A stretch of 64,000 nt of DNA from a virus. The position numbers and the translations under genes were made by a program. The DNA lies in IMG/VR virus record IMGVR_UViG_3300027747_002198, positions 32,001-96,000 of that record. One strand, written 5' to 3'. Shown in pieces: positions 31,086-40,810 of the stretch (positions are counted from its first letter, which is position 1; each line of letters begins with the position of its first letter). The notes below the pieces were generated by a model. That model did no database searches and was not told the origin of the DNA. It saw only the letters and a program-made list of their open reading frames with translations.

Positions 31086-31652
31086 ATGGCAAATAAATTT
31101 ACTTACCAAGTATTACGAGATACTACAACAGATTGTGTTATTAAATTAACAGGACAGTTTGATGGTGTTTCAGGAAATGAATCTAATACTTCCAAAATTC
31201 AAGCAAATACTTTGTATGGAGCTTTAGATGCCAATAATGTTCCATTATACACTAGTTTAAGCCTTAGTAATACTGCAAAACCATATTACAATTTACAGTT
31301 AACTTCAGCACAATATTTTGTCAGTATGTCAACCGCTTCTCCTCCCGGTTCTATTGAACTTTTTTGGACTGGTGCAGGAGCCAATCAAAGTGCTCAATAT
31401 GCTAACTCAGCAACCATTTTCTATTTAAACGGAAACGGCGAATACGGTAGTCAACAAAATCCTGCTATTTTAAATAATGCTTCGGGTGGAAATGGAAATT
31501 TAGGAATTAATAGTTATGGTGCAACTACAAACACCGCATACACATTAATTCTTTCTTTCCGTAAGGATAACGCTTATTACCAACGTGGTCAGTTTAATGA
31601 TCCAGCTGCATTTAACTATGGTTCTTATTCTGTATCCGGCGTTAGACAGTAA
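31086..31652 (+). CDS. Head-region hypothetical structural protein
   Basis: 188 aa between gp20 and gp21. Confidence 0.5.
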   Translation: MANKFTYQVLRDTTTDCVIKLTGQFDGVSGNESNTSKIQANTLYGALDANNVPLYTSLSLSNTAKPYYNLQLTSAQYFVSMSTASPPGSIELFWTGAGANQSAQYANSATIFYLNGNGEYGSQQNPAILNNASGGNGNLGINSYGATTNTAYTLILSFRKDNAYYQRGQFNDPAAFNYGSYSVSGVRQ

Positions 31653-31672
31653 AAAAGAAAGGTATTAGTAAT

Positions 31673-32317
31673 ATGAAACTAATCAAAGAAGTTACCGAAA
31701 CAGTTAGTTATCTAGCTGAAGAAAAAGACGGTAAAAAGTCATTATACATTCAAGGTCCATTTCTCCAAGCAGAAGTGGTAAATCGAAATGGTCGCAAATA
31801 TCTTAGAGAAGTAATGCAAAAAGAAGTTCAGCGTTACAACGAAAACTATGTACACAAAAACCGTGCCTTTGGTGAATTGGGTCATCCTGATACACCAACA
31901 ATCAATCTTGATAGAGTTTCACATTTAACTACGGAACTTTACCAAGAAGGTAATAATTGGATAGGCAAAGCAAAAATTCTTGACACACCTATGGGTACTA
32001 TTGTTAAGAACCTTATTGAGGGAGGTGCACAAATCGGTGTTTCTTCTCGTGGTATGGGTTCTTTAAAAAATGTTAACGGTGTAAATGTAGTTCAAGACGA
32101 TTTTCATCTGGCCACAGCGGCGGATATAGTAGCAGACCCTTCAGCACCTGATGCTTTTGTACAAGGTATCATGGAGGGTAAAGAATGGATGTTAGTCAAT
32201 GGCGTATGGACTGAACAAGATTACTCTCAAGCGGTATCACAAATCCGCAAAGCTTCACAGAGAGATATTGAACAAGTTAGCATGCGTATCTTTGAAAACT
32301 TCCTGAAAAAACTTTAA
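31673..32317 (+). CDS. gp21: Prohead protease gp21
   Basis: NRNGRKY, GELGHP, GVSSRGMGS, DIVADPSAPDA. Confidence 0.95.
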   Translation: MKLIKEVTETVSYLAEEKDGKKSLYIQGPFLQAEVVNRNGRKYLREVMQKEVQRYNENYVHKNRAFGELGHPDTPTINLDRVSHLTTELYQEGNNWIGKAKILDTPMGTIVKNLIEGGAQIGVSSRGMGSLKNVNGVNVVQDDFHLATAADIVADPSAPDAFVQGIMEGKEWMLVNGVWTEQDYSQAVSQIRKASQRDIEQVSMRIFENFLKKL

Positions 32318-32318
32318 A

Positions 32319-32326
32319 TATAAATA
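32319..32326 (+). promoter_or_regulatory. T4 late promoter TATAAATA
   Basis: Exact consensus upstream of gp22. Confidence 0.8.
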
Positions 32327-32354
32327 TCCATATCAAATCAAGGAGATTTTCAAA

Positions 32355-33584
32355 ATGGGAAAATTAACAGAAGCCGCTCAGTCAGTAATTTTGGGTGAAG
32401 ATTCAAAATCAATGTTTGACAGCAACATTCGTGCTAAAGCTGGTCAGCGTGAATTAACCAATCCTTTAAAAGTTGGTTCTAGCAAATTACCTACATCTAC
32501 TGTTGCTGGTCAACAAGATGTTGGCATGATTGGTCAGTCACCAGAACGTGGTTTGGTTGACGAATTACCAGATTATTTAAAAGGTGTTCCAACAGCAACT
32601 CCTCCAGGTGCTACTCCTCCACAAGGTAGTGAAAAAGAAGGCGTTGGCATTACTAAATCACATGGCCCACAAGATACAGAAGGACGCAAAGATATTATGT
32701 ACCCAGCCAAATCCGATGCAACCGATTACGAGGACATTCGTGATCGTAAACCTGCTAAGTTGCCTACCAATACTTTTGGTATGAACAAAGGCGCTACATT
32801 TCAACATTACGATGGTACAACAGTTGCCGGTACACAATCTATCTCTTACGGTTCTTATGGTGAAGATGTTGAAGCCATGTTACAAGGTGAGGATCTTTCC
32901 GAAGAATTCAAATCTAAAGCTGCTACAATTTTTGAAGCTGCCGTTGTTGCTCGTGCTGAAGCAGTTATTGCTGAAGCTGAAGAGCAATTAATTGAAGAAT
33001 TTGAACAAGCTGTAGAAGAAGTCAAAGAAGATTTGGCTGCTAAAGTTGATGACTATCTTAACTACATGGTTGAAGAATGGGTTAAAGAAAACGAAATCGC
33101 TATTAATTCTGGATTAAAATCTGAAATTGTAGAAGATTTTATTAAAGGTTTAAAAGGTTTGTTTGAAGAGCATTACATTGATATTCCAGATGAGCAAGTT
33201 GATGTTGTTGAAGAATTGACTGCTAAAGTTGAAGAATTGGAAGAATCTTTAAACGAACAAATTAATACTGCTGTTCAAATGAAAAAAGAATTGAATGAGC
33301 ATAAAAAAATTGAGGCTATCTACACAGCGTGTGAAGGCCTAACGCAGACCCAAGTAGAAAAAATGAAATCACTTGCAGAAGGTGTTGAATTTGCTACTGA
33401 GGAAGAGTTTGTGTCTAAGTTGGAAGTTATTAAAGAATCTTACTTTAAGAATTCCGTTAAGACCGCAGACAGTTCTGCTTTGGATGATGAAGTTCAAATT
33501 GAAGAAGAAACTAAGAAATCAGTTCATTCTCAGGACGCTTTAATTGAACAAGTCGCAAGAACCATTTCACAAACTAAGAAATAA
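32355..33584 (+). CDS. gp22: Prohead scaffold protein gp22
   Basis: LSEEFKSKAATIFEAAV, VDDYLNYMVEEW, LFEEHYIDIP. Confidence 0.92.
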   Translation: MGKLTEAAQSVILGEDSKSMFDSNIRAKAGQRELTNPLKVGSSKLPTSTVAGQQDVGMIGQSPERGLVDELPDYLKGVPTATPPGATPPQGSEKEGVGITKSHGPQDTEGRKDIMYPAKSDATDYEDIRDRKPAKLPTNTFGMNKGATFQHYDGTTVAGTQSISYGSYGEDVEAMLQGEDLSEEFKSKAATIFEAAVVARAEAVIAEAEEQLIEEFEQAVEEVKEDLAAKVDDYLNYMVEEWVKENEIAINSGLKSEIVEDFIKGLKGLFEEHYIDIPDEQVDVVEELTAKVEELEESLNEQINTAVQMKKELNEHKKIEAIYTACEGLTQTQVEKMKSLAEGVEFATEEEFVSKLEVIKESYFKNSVKTADSSALDDEVQIEEETKKSVHSQDALIEQVARTISQTKK

Positions 33585-33609
33585 AAAGTACCATAATAAG
33601 GAGAATTAA

Positions 33610-34944
33610 ATGTACTTAACAGAAGAACTACAATCTAAATGGGGCGCAGTTCTGGATCATCCAGAATTAGATTCCATTAAGGATCCATACAAGCGTGCCG
33701 TTACAACATTAGTGTTGGAAAACCAAGCACAAGCAATGCGTCAAGATCGTCAACAATTGAACGAATTAAGCGATACTGGTCCTACCAACGTTGCTAGTGG
33801 TGTTCAAAACTTTGACCCAATTTTGATTTCTTTAGTACGCCGTGCTCTACCAAACTTGATCGCTTATGACGTTGCTGGTGTTCAGCCAATGACAGGCCCT
33901 ACAGGTTTGATTTTTGCAATGCGTGCTCGTTACGCTAACCAGACTGGTTCTGAGGCATTCTTCAACGAAGCCAATACAATCTTCTCTGGTAATACTTCAC
34001 AGTATGCACCATACAATAACTATGGTTTCAAAGGTAACTCAACATCTGATACAAATACCAATCCAGTAGCAACTTTAGGTGCTAACAACGTAACAACTGG
34101 TATTGGCATGACAACAGCTAAGGCTGAATTGTTAGGTGCTGACGGTGCTGATGCATTCCAACAGATGGCCTTCTCAATTGAGAAAGTTACTGTAACTGCT
34201 CAATCCCGTGCCTTGAAAGCTGAATACTCTTTAGAGTTGGCACAAGACTTGAAAGCAATTCATGGTCTTGACGCTGAAACAGAATTGTCAAACATTCTGT
34301 CTACAGAAATTTTGGCTGAAATTAACCGTGAAGTTATCCGTACTATCTACAACACTGCTGTTCCAGGTGCTCAGTATGGTACAACAACTGCTGGTTACTT
34401 TGACCTTGATACCGATTCAAACGGTCGTTGGTCTGTTGAGCGTTTCAAAGGTTTGATTTTCCAAATCGAGCGTGACGCTAACGTTATTGCCAAGCAGACT
34501 CGTAGAGGTAAAGGTAATGTGTTGATCGTTTCTTCTGACGTTGCTTCAGCAATGGCAATGGCTGGTGTTCTTTCTTATACACCTGCTCTCCAGTCTGATT
34601 TGCAAGTAGATGACACAGGCAATACATTTGCTGGTATGCTCCACGGTCGTATCAAAGTTTACATCGACCCATACTTTGGTGGATATACATCTAACCAAGA
34701 ATTGGTAACTGTAGGCTACAAAGGTACTTCACCATACGATGCTGGTTTGTTCTATTGCCCATACGTTCCATTGCAAATGGTTCGTGCTGTAGACCAATTC
34801 ACATTCCAACCAAAGATTGGATTTAAGACACGTTATGGAATGGTTGCAAACCCATTCGCACAAGGTCTCAATCCATCTGACGGTATTATTCGTGCTCAAC
34901 AGAACGTTTACTACAGGATTTTTGGAGTTAAAAATTTAATGTAA
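33610..34944 (+). CDS. gp23: Major capsid protein gp23
   Basis: GVQPMTGPTGLIFAMR, SRALKAEYSLELAQDLKAIHGLDAE, QPKIGFKTRYG. Confidence 0.98.
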   Translation: MYLTEELQSKWGAVLDHPELDSIKDPYKRAVTTLVLENQAQAMRQDRQQLNELSDTGPTNVASGVQNFDPILISLVRRALPNLIAYDVAGVQPMTGPTGLIFAMRARYANQTGSEAFFNEANTIFSGNTSQYAPYNNYGFKGNSTSDTNTNPVATLGANNVTTGIGMTTAKAELLGADGADAFQQMAFSIEKVTVTAQSRALKAEYSLELAQDLKAIHGLDAETELSNILSTEILAEINREVIRTIYNTAVPGAQYGTTTAGYFDLDTDSNGRWSVERFKGLIFQIERDANVIAKQTRRGKGNVLIVSSDVASAMAMAGVLSYTPALQSDLQVDDTGNTFAGMLHGRIKVYIDPYFGGYTSNQELVTVGYKGTSPYDAGLFYCPYVPLQMVRAVDQFTFQPKIGFKTRYGMVANPFAQGLNPSDGIIRAQQNVYYRIFGVKNLM

Positions 34945-34982
34945 GCAAAAAGAAAAGTAAATCACCTCAGAGTGATATTTTT

Positions 34983-35010
34983 AGAGACCTCTTCGGAGGT
35001 CTCTTTTTTT
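34983..35010 (+). terminator. Intrinsic terminator after gp23 (UUCG loop)
   Basis: AGAGACCTC-TTCG-GAGGTCTCT followed by T run. Confidence 0.92.
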
Positions 35011-35027
35011 GGCTCCTAAATAATAGT

Positions 35028-35558
35028 ATGACTGCCTTAACTAGAACACCTCAAAACACCAACTATGCACAACCGACAAAATTCATGTTGTCGTTTGATA
35101 GATTACCCACGGTTACATACTTCTGTACAGCTGTAAACGTACCAGGGGTGAGTGTAGGACAGGCCCCAATCGCTTTTCCATCGCTGACTGTATACTCGCC
35201 TGGTAACCAGTTGTCCTACAATAATTTTAATATTGATTTTAATGTGGATGAATCTTTGGAAACATGGAAAGAACTGTATAATTGGTTTAAATCTTTTGCC
35301 AGTCCTAATGGTACTGAAGAAAGGAATCGTTTAGGTTCTCAATCCAATCAATATAAAAATACCACAAAACCATGGTATTCAGATGCCACTTTGACTGTTT
35401 TAAATGCTCTTAATAATCCTGTAGTACGAATACAGTTTACCAATATGTTTCCTGTAGGATTATCTGATCTTAATTTTGACACCCAACAATCAGCGGATAC
35501 TATCATGACAGGTACCGCCAACTTTGTATACCAACAATTTGAATTTGTACCAGTTTAA
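35028..35558 (+). CDS. gp3: Tail tube terminator/completion protein gp3
   Basis: YFCTAVNVPG, F.VDE.LETW.ELYNW, SDATL; CCTAAATA at 35015. Confidence 0.85.
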   Translation: MTALTRTPQNTNYAQPTKFMLSFDRLPTVTYFCTAVNVPGVSVGQAPIAFPSLTVYSPGNQLSYNNFNIDFNVDESLETWKELYNWFKSFASPNGTEERNRLGSQSNQYKNTTKPWYSDATLTVLNALNNPVVRIQFTNMFPVGLSDLNFDTQQSADTIMTGTANFVYQQFEFVPV

Positions 35559-35632
35559 TGTAACATAACTATTGCCTTTTAACATGGAGTGTGTTACCGT
35601 GTAGAAAAGCATGTTAACTCTTTGAAATTATT

Positions 35633-36067
35633 ATGGAAAATCTAGAACAAGTATTAGAAAATTGGAAGCGTGATGCAGAAATTGACCAGACCGAACCTGG
35701 TAAAGAACTCATTCGTATTCCACTTCTTCACAACAAATATCTCACAATTCTCACTAAACACAAAATTGCTTCCAAGAAGGCACATTTTGATTATCTCCGT
35801 ATGCGGAAGATTAAATGGGAATACTATACTGGTAAAATGTCGCAAGAAGAATTAGAAGAATATGGATGGCAGCCTTTTCAATTTACCCTCAAATCCGACA
35901 TTACTACATACTTAGAAGCTGATGCAGATTTGATTAAACTACTTGAAAAGAAAGTTTATCATGAAGAAGTAGTATCGGTAATTGAATCAATAATGAGCGA
36001 ATTAAAATCAAGAACATTTCAGTTAAAAGATTTTATTTCTTGGGAAAAATTTATAGGAGGACAATAA
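35633..36067 (+). CDS. uvsY: Recombination mediator UvsY
   Basis: IPLLHNKYL, WEYYTGK, YLEADADL, WEKFIGG. Confidence 0.9.
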   Translation: MENLEQVLENWKRDAEIDQTEPGKELIRIPLLHNKYLTILTKHKIASKKAHFDYLRMRKIKWEYYTGKMSQEELEEYGWQPFQFTLKSDITTYLEADADLIKLLEKKVYHEEVVSVIESIMSELKSRTFQLKDFISWEKFIGGQ

Positions 36068-36246
36068 TGAGCAATGATGATTATGAACATTATATAACTC
36101 ACAACAACAAAAAATATCGTTATGATCCAGATTTTGATTGTTTTTATCCAGTAAATCCTCCTATGAGCCTTTGGGATAAAATTAGTCCTCTTGTAATTTT
36201 TTTGATATTATTAGCGGCATCATTAACAATTGATTATTTTAAATAA
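36067..36246 (+). CDS. Small protein with C-terminal TM helix (start likely ATG 36067)
   Basis: TAATG overlap with uvsY, GGAGG SD; hydrophobic tail. Confidence 0.5.
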   Translation: MSNDDYEHYITHNNKKYRYDPDFDCFYPVNPPMSLWDKISPLVIFLILLAASLTIDYFK

Positions 36247-36261
36247 TTTTAGGAGAAAAGT

Positions 36262-36798
36262 ATGTCATCATTAGCGGAAATTTATAAAGAAAATATTGCA
36301 CGACATCCGTATCCATCCGACAAAGGTAGAACACATTGTTATATTGACGAATATTATAACAACGCCTTTGAGTCGTGGCGAAATACCACAAACAACGTTT
36401 TAGAAATTGGTATTCACCATGGTTCTTGTATGGAAATCTGGCGTGAATATTTTGCCAAGGCCAACAAAGTATATGGTGTGGATATTCTAGACCATGGTGT
36501 CCATGTTGAAGGATGTACTTTGGTTTATGGTGATGCTACAAAGCCAGAAACTTTTACTGGCATGGGTAACTTTGATGTAATCATTGATGATGGTTCACAT
36601 TTAACTCCAGATCAAATTAAAACATTTGAAATTTTATTTCCAATGTTAAACAAAGGCGGTGTTTATGTTATTGAAGATATACAAAAATTGGATGAGGAGC
36701 GGCAACAATACCTTTCTTTGTACCCAAATGTTAATATTGTTGATTTGCGTAGCGTCAATGGTTGGTATGATGATGTTATTATAGAATATATTAAATGA
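36262..36798 (+). CDS. Class I SAM methyltransferase (sugar O-methyltransferase-like)
   Basis: SDKG..H.Y, VLEIGI..G, FDVIIDDGSH, GGVYVIED. Confidence 0.8.
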   Translation: MSSLAEIYKENIARHPYPSDKGRTHCYIDEYYNNAFESWRNTTNNVLEIGIHHGSCMEIWREYFAKANKVYGVDILDHGVHVEGCTLVYGDATKPETFTGMGNFDVIIDDGSHLTPDQIKTFEILFPMLNKGGVYVIEDIQKLDEERQQYLSLYPNVNIVDLRSVNGWYDDVIIEYIK

Positions 36799-38288
36799 CA
36801 TTCGATATTACTGTAAATAAAAAAGATGAAGTACATGCCAAAATAAATTGTGAAAAACATATAGCAAAAGAGTTATCTGAGTATTTTACATTCTTTGTTC
36901 CAGGCTATCAATTTGTTCCTGCCTATCGTAATCGAATTTGGGATGGAAAGATAAGACTTTTTAATTTACAGAGTTCCACTTTATATCTTGGACTCATGCA
37001 TTATTTGCAATTGTTTTGTGAAGAGCGTGAATATTCTATTGAGTACCAAGATAACATTGATGTTGAAAATGAATATTCATTATATCACGCCAAAAAATTT
37101 ATTCAAGATTTAAACATACATTCTCGTGGTGAACAAATAGAAGTAAGAGATTATCAAATAGATTCGTTTGTTCATGCCATGCAACGTAAGCGAGCATTGT
37201 TGTTATCTCCTACCGCTTCTGGTAAATCCCTCATCATATATCTTATTTTTCGTCAATTATGCCAATATCAAAAACTTAAAGGTCTTATAATTGTTCCCAC
37301 CACTTCTTTGGTTGAGCAGTTATTTTCTGACTTTGGTGATTATAATGATGGCAGTATGGAGGAACAAATTCATCGTATTTACCAAGGCAAAGAAAAAACC
37401 ACAGACAAACCTTTGACAATATCCACTTGGCAGTCATTGTATAAAATGCCAAAAGAATATTTTGAACAATTTGATTATGTAATTGGTGATGAGGCACATA
37501 ACTTTAAAGCACAGTCACTTACCTCTATACTTACATCCTGTGTAAATGCTAAATATAGAATAGGACTTACAGGTACTTTAGATGGCACTAAAACACACAA
37601 ATTGGTATTAGAAGGTTTATTTGGTCCAGTTAAAAAAGTTATTAGTACTAAAGAATTAATTGATAATCAACAAGTATCGCAGTTTGAAATTAAATGTTTA
37701 GTATTAAAACATTCAGATGAAATTGCCAAAGAGTATAAACAAAAGTCGTATCAAGATGAAATACAGTATCTAATTTCTAATGAAGGACGAAATAAATTCA
37801 TTAAGAATCTTGCGGTTAGCCTTGGTAATAATACATTAATATTATATCAAATGGTTGAAAAGCACGGAGAGGTCCTGTATAATATGATAAAGGATACAAA
37901 GAAAATTGGCAACAGAAAAGTTTTCTTTGTCCACGGTGGAACAGAAACTTCTGACCGTGAAGAAATCAGAAGAATTATGGAGATAGAAAATGATGCAATT
38001 ATCGTGGCCTCTTTTGGTACTTTTTCTACTGGAATTAATATTAGGAATCTTCATAATATTATATTCGCTATGCCAACTAAGTCCACAATTAGGACTTTGC
38101 AAAGCATTGGAAGAGGCCTTAGACAAGCTGATGGAAAAGATATAGCAACATTATATGATATTGCTGACGACATGAGAGTTGGTAAACATATGAACTTTAC
38201 ACTTAAACATTTTGTGGAAAGAGTAAAAATTTATAATGAAGAAAAGTTTCCGTATAAAATGTATAAGATAGGACTAAAAGATGAGTAA
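36795..38288 (+). CDS. uvsW: SF2 helicase UvsW
   Basis: WDGKIRLF, SPTASGKS, DEAH, QSIGRGLR. Confidence 0.95.
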   Translation: MTFDITVNKKDEVHAKINCEKHIAKELSEYFTFFVPGYQFVPAYRNRIWDGKIRLFNLQSSTLYLGLMHYLQLFCEEREYSIEYQDNIDVENEYSLYHAKKFIQDLNIHSRGEQIEVRDYQIDSFVHAMQRKRALLLSPTASGKSLIIYLIFRQLCQYQKLKGLIIVPTTSLVEQLFSDFGDYNDGSMEEQIHRIYQGKEKTTDKPLTISTWQSLYKMPKEYFEQFDYVIGDEAHNFKAQSLTSILTSCVNAKYRIGLTGTLDGTKTHKLVLEGLFGPVKKVISTKELIDNQQVSQFEIKCLVLKHSDEIAKEYKQKSYQDEIQYLISNEGRNKFIKNLAVSLGNNTLILYQMVEKHGEVLYNMIKDTKKIGNRKVFFVHGGTETSDREEIRRIMEIENDAIIVASFGTFSTGINIRNLHNIIFAMPTKSTIRTLQSIGRGLRQADGKDIATLYDIADDMRVGKHMNFTLKHFVERVKIYNEEKFPYKMYKIGLKDE

Positions 38289-38901
38289 TGTTGATTTACC
38301 AACCGATTCTGGTGATTATGATTTATTATTTCGAGCGGCCACACAAATTGATAATGTGCCAGGAATTGTTTGTGAAATTGGTACTCGCCGTGGTGGAAGT
38401 TTAAAATATATTATTGACGGACTACTAAGTGTTGGAGATAATAATCGTAATGTTATTTGCATTGATCCTTATGGTAATATTGAATACGCAGATTCCGAAG
38501 GACATAAAATTGTAACCGATTACACCAATGATATGAGAAATGAATCTTGGGCAAACATTAATCAATATGTTCAAGGTAAACCGGTTAATGTGGTATTTTA
38601 TTGTTTAGAAGATACCGAATTTTTTAATAGATTTAGTGATGGTGTTCCTTTTTATAATACACATAAAGAAATATTAAATCAATATAGTTTAGTGTTTTTT
38701 GATGGACCACACGACACACCGAGTCTATTTAAAGAATTGGAGTTTTTTTACCCTAGAAGTATTGTAGGTACAAGATACGTTTTTGATGATGTTGCAGGTT
38801 ATCCGCATGATTTGATTCACGATGATTTATTAAAAAATGATTTTGAATTAGTAGAATCAGGACCAGAAAACCGAAAGAAAAGTTACATCAAAATAAAATA
38901 G
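38281..38901 (+). CDS. Class I SAM methyltransferase (TylF/Methyltransf_24-like)
   Basis: CEIGTRRGGS, IDPYG, FFDGPH, VFDD. Confidence 0.75.
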   Translation: MSNVDLPTDSGDYDLLFRAATQIDNVPGIVCEIGTRRGGSLKYIIDGLLSVGDNNRNVICIDPYGNIEYADSEGHKIVTDYTNDMRNESWANINQYVQGKPVNVVFYCLEDTEFFNRFSDGVPFYNTHKEILNQYSLVFFDGPHDTPSLFKELEFFYPRSIVGTRYVFDDVAGYPHDLIHDDLLKNDFELVESGPENRKKSYIKIK

Positions 38902-38909
38902 GACTAAAA

Positions 38910-39290
38910 ATGGAAAATAATATAAAAATAGTTCGTTTAAAAAATGGTGAAGATATCATTGGCAACTTGTGTAGTAAAGAAAATGGTAACATGGACATTA
39001 CAGAACCTATGAGTGTCCAAATTGTTGAACAAGGTGAACGTAGACCAGGTTTGGTAATGTCACATTGGTTGCCAGTGCAATTAATTAAGAAAAATGAAAT
39101 CACGATTAATTCTCGTGATGTGCTTACGATGTTTGATCCTAATGAAGAATTTTGTGAGTACTATAGCAATACGGTAGAGAAGTTACATGCCGTATTAAAA
39201 GTAAGGGAGTATACAGATTCGTTAACGGATGAAGAACTAGAGGACATTATGGATTCTCTGGAAGAATCTAGAGGACAATCTATTCATTAA
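38910..39290 (+). CDS. Conserved T4-like protein between uvsW and gp55 (Sm-like fold suspected)
   Basis: IKIVRLKNGEDII motif; synteny. Confidence 0.6.
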   Translation: MENNIKIVRLKNGEDIIGNLCSKENGNMDITEPMSVQIVEQGERRPGLVMSHWLPVQLIKKNEITINSRDVLTMFDPNEEFCEYYSNTVEKLHAVLKVREYTDSLTDEELEDIMDSLEESRGQSIH

Positions 39291-39373
39291 TTTCAAAGGG
39301 GGACATACTCGATAATACATCTTGTCAAGCCCTTTGTCAACAACTTTTTGTGGTAAACTTGAATGAGAATAAA

Positions 39374-39910
39374 ATGGCAAAACAAAAACACTATATTAAT
39401 AACGCTGACTTTTTAAAAGCTTTGGTCGATTACAAAGAAGCAACCAAACTTGCTAAGAGTAATAATACAGCACTTCCTCCAATTCCTAATTACATTGGAG
39501 AATGTTTTATGAAGATAGCAGAAGGTTTATCACACAAACCTAATTTCATAAATTACACCTATCGTGATGAAATGATGTCGGATGGTATTGAGAATTGCCT
39601 ACAATACTTTGACAACTTTGATCCTGCCAAATCCAAAAATCCATTTGCCTATTTTACTCAAGTCATTTACTTTGCCTTTTTACGGAGAATTTCCAAAGAA
39701 AAGAAACAAACATACGTTAAATACAAAGCTACCGAACAAATGGGTATTTTGGATGAACACGAAATGATGGAGTTTGAAGATGGTACCTCAGTACAGTTTG
39801 AATTATATGACAACATTGCTGAATTTATTGAAACTTATGAAGGTACCAAAAAAGCCAAAAAAGATGCGGCAAACAAGAAAAAAGGTGTTGAAAAGTTTTT
39901 AGGAGAATGA
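39374..39910 (+). CDS. gp55: Late-transcription sigma factor gp55 (start likely ATG 39374)
   Basis: HYINNADFL, NFINYTYRDEM, NPFAYFTQ..AFLRRI.KEK. Confidence 0.95.
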   Translation: MAKQKHYINNADFLKALVDYKEATKLAKSNNTALPPIPNYIGECFMKIAEGLSHKPNFINYTYRDEMMSDGIENCLQYFDNFDPAKSKNPFAYFTQVIYFAFLRRISKEKKQTYVKYKATEQMGILDEHEMMEFEDGTSVQFELYDNIAEFIETYEGTKKAKKDAANKKKGVEKFLGE

Positions 39911-39937
39911 TATAATGAAATTTAGGAGATTAATACT

Positions 39938-40810
39938 ATGAAAATTGTTGAAAATTTTATGTTTTATAATGAGTTTGATATTTTAGAAATCAGACTTAAT
40001 ATTATGGGTGACTATGTTGACCGTTTTAACATTGTTGAAACCGACAGAACACATAGTGGATTACCAAAAGAATTCAATTTAGAAAAACAATGGGATCGGT
40101 TTGCCAAGTGGCATAATAAAATTAATTACATTAAGGTGTCAGGTTTTGAATCCCAACCAAATGCGTGGGATAATGAACGAGCCAATCGTAATCTTGCCAC
40201 ATTAGGTTGGGACGATCTGACTGATGAAGATGTTGTTATCATTTCCGACTGTGATGAAATTACACGACCAGAAGCACTACAGTATATCAGAGAAACAAAC
40301 TTTGATTATTATGCTTTGAAAATGCCAATCTTTTATTTCAAGTTTAACTATATGTTAACCAACGACATGGATGGATTTACCGTGTGGCCCATTGCATATC
40401 GTGGTATTAAAAGTAAAGGTTTAGTGCCATCACAAATGCGTAGGGGTTGGAATGAAACATCTAATCGAGATAGAAGTCATTTTAAAAATGGCGTAGTTGT
40501 CAATCATGCTGGTTGGCACTTTAGTTGGTATGGCGAGAAAGAAGATATTGAACGTAAGATTAAGAGTTATGCTCATACTGAATTTAATAACGATAATGTT
40601 CTAGGAACCTTAGATGTTGATGACTGCATCGCTCGTGGCGATGACCATTTAAAACGAGGTATGATTAAATGGAAAAAAATTCAATTTGATGATTATTTCC
40701 CACAATATTTACGAGATAATAAAGAGAAATATTCAAAGTATATTCTTGAGGATGGTGAACCCATATCCAATTTTATTGAACAAAAATTATTAACTGTTGA
40801 AGGTATGTGA
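39938..40810 (+). CDS. GT17-like N-acetylglucosaminyltransferase
   Basis: FYNEFDILEIRL, VET..THSGLPK, ISDCDEI, GWHFSW..KIKSYAHTE. Confidence 0.8.
   Translation: MKIVENFMFYNEFDILEIRLNIMGDYVDRFNIVETDRTHSGLPKEFNLEKQWDRFAKWHNKINYIKVSGFESQPNAWDNERANRNLATLGWDDLTDEDVVIISDCDEITRPEALQYIRETNFDYYALKMPIFYFKFNYMLTNDMDGFTVWPIAYRGIKSKGLVPSQMRRGWNETSNRDRSHFKNGVVVNHAGWHFSWYGEKEDIERKIKSYAHTEFNNDNVLGTLDVDDCIARGDDHLKRGMIKWKKIQFDDYFPQYLRDNKEKYSKYILEDGEPISNFIEQKLLTVEGM

Noticed and set aside
35572-35600. Sigma70 promoter for uvsY (TTGCCT-17-TACCGT)
   Set aside because: Too far from consensus to call without data.
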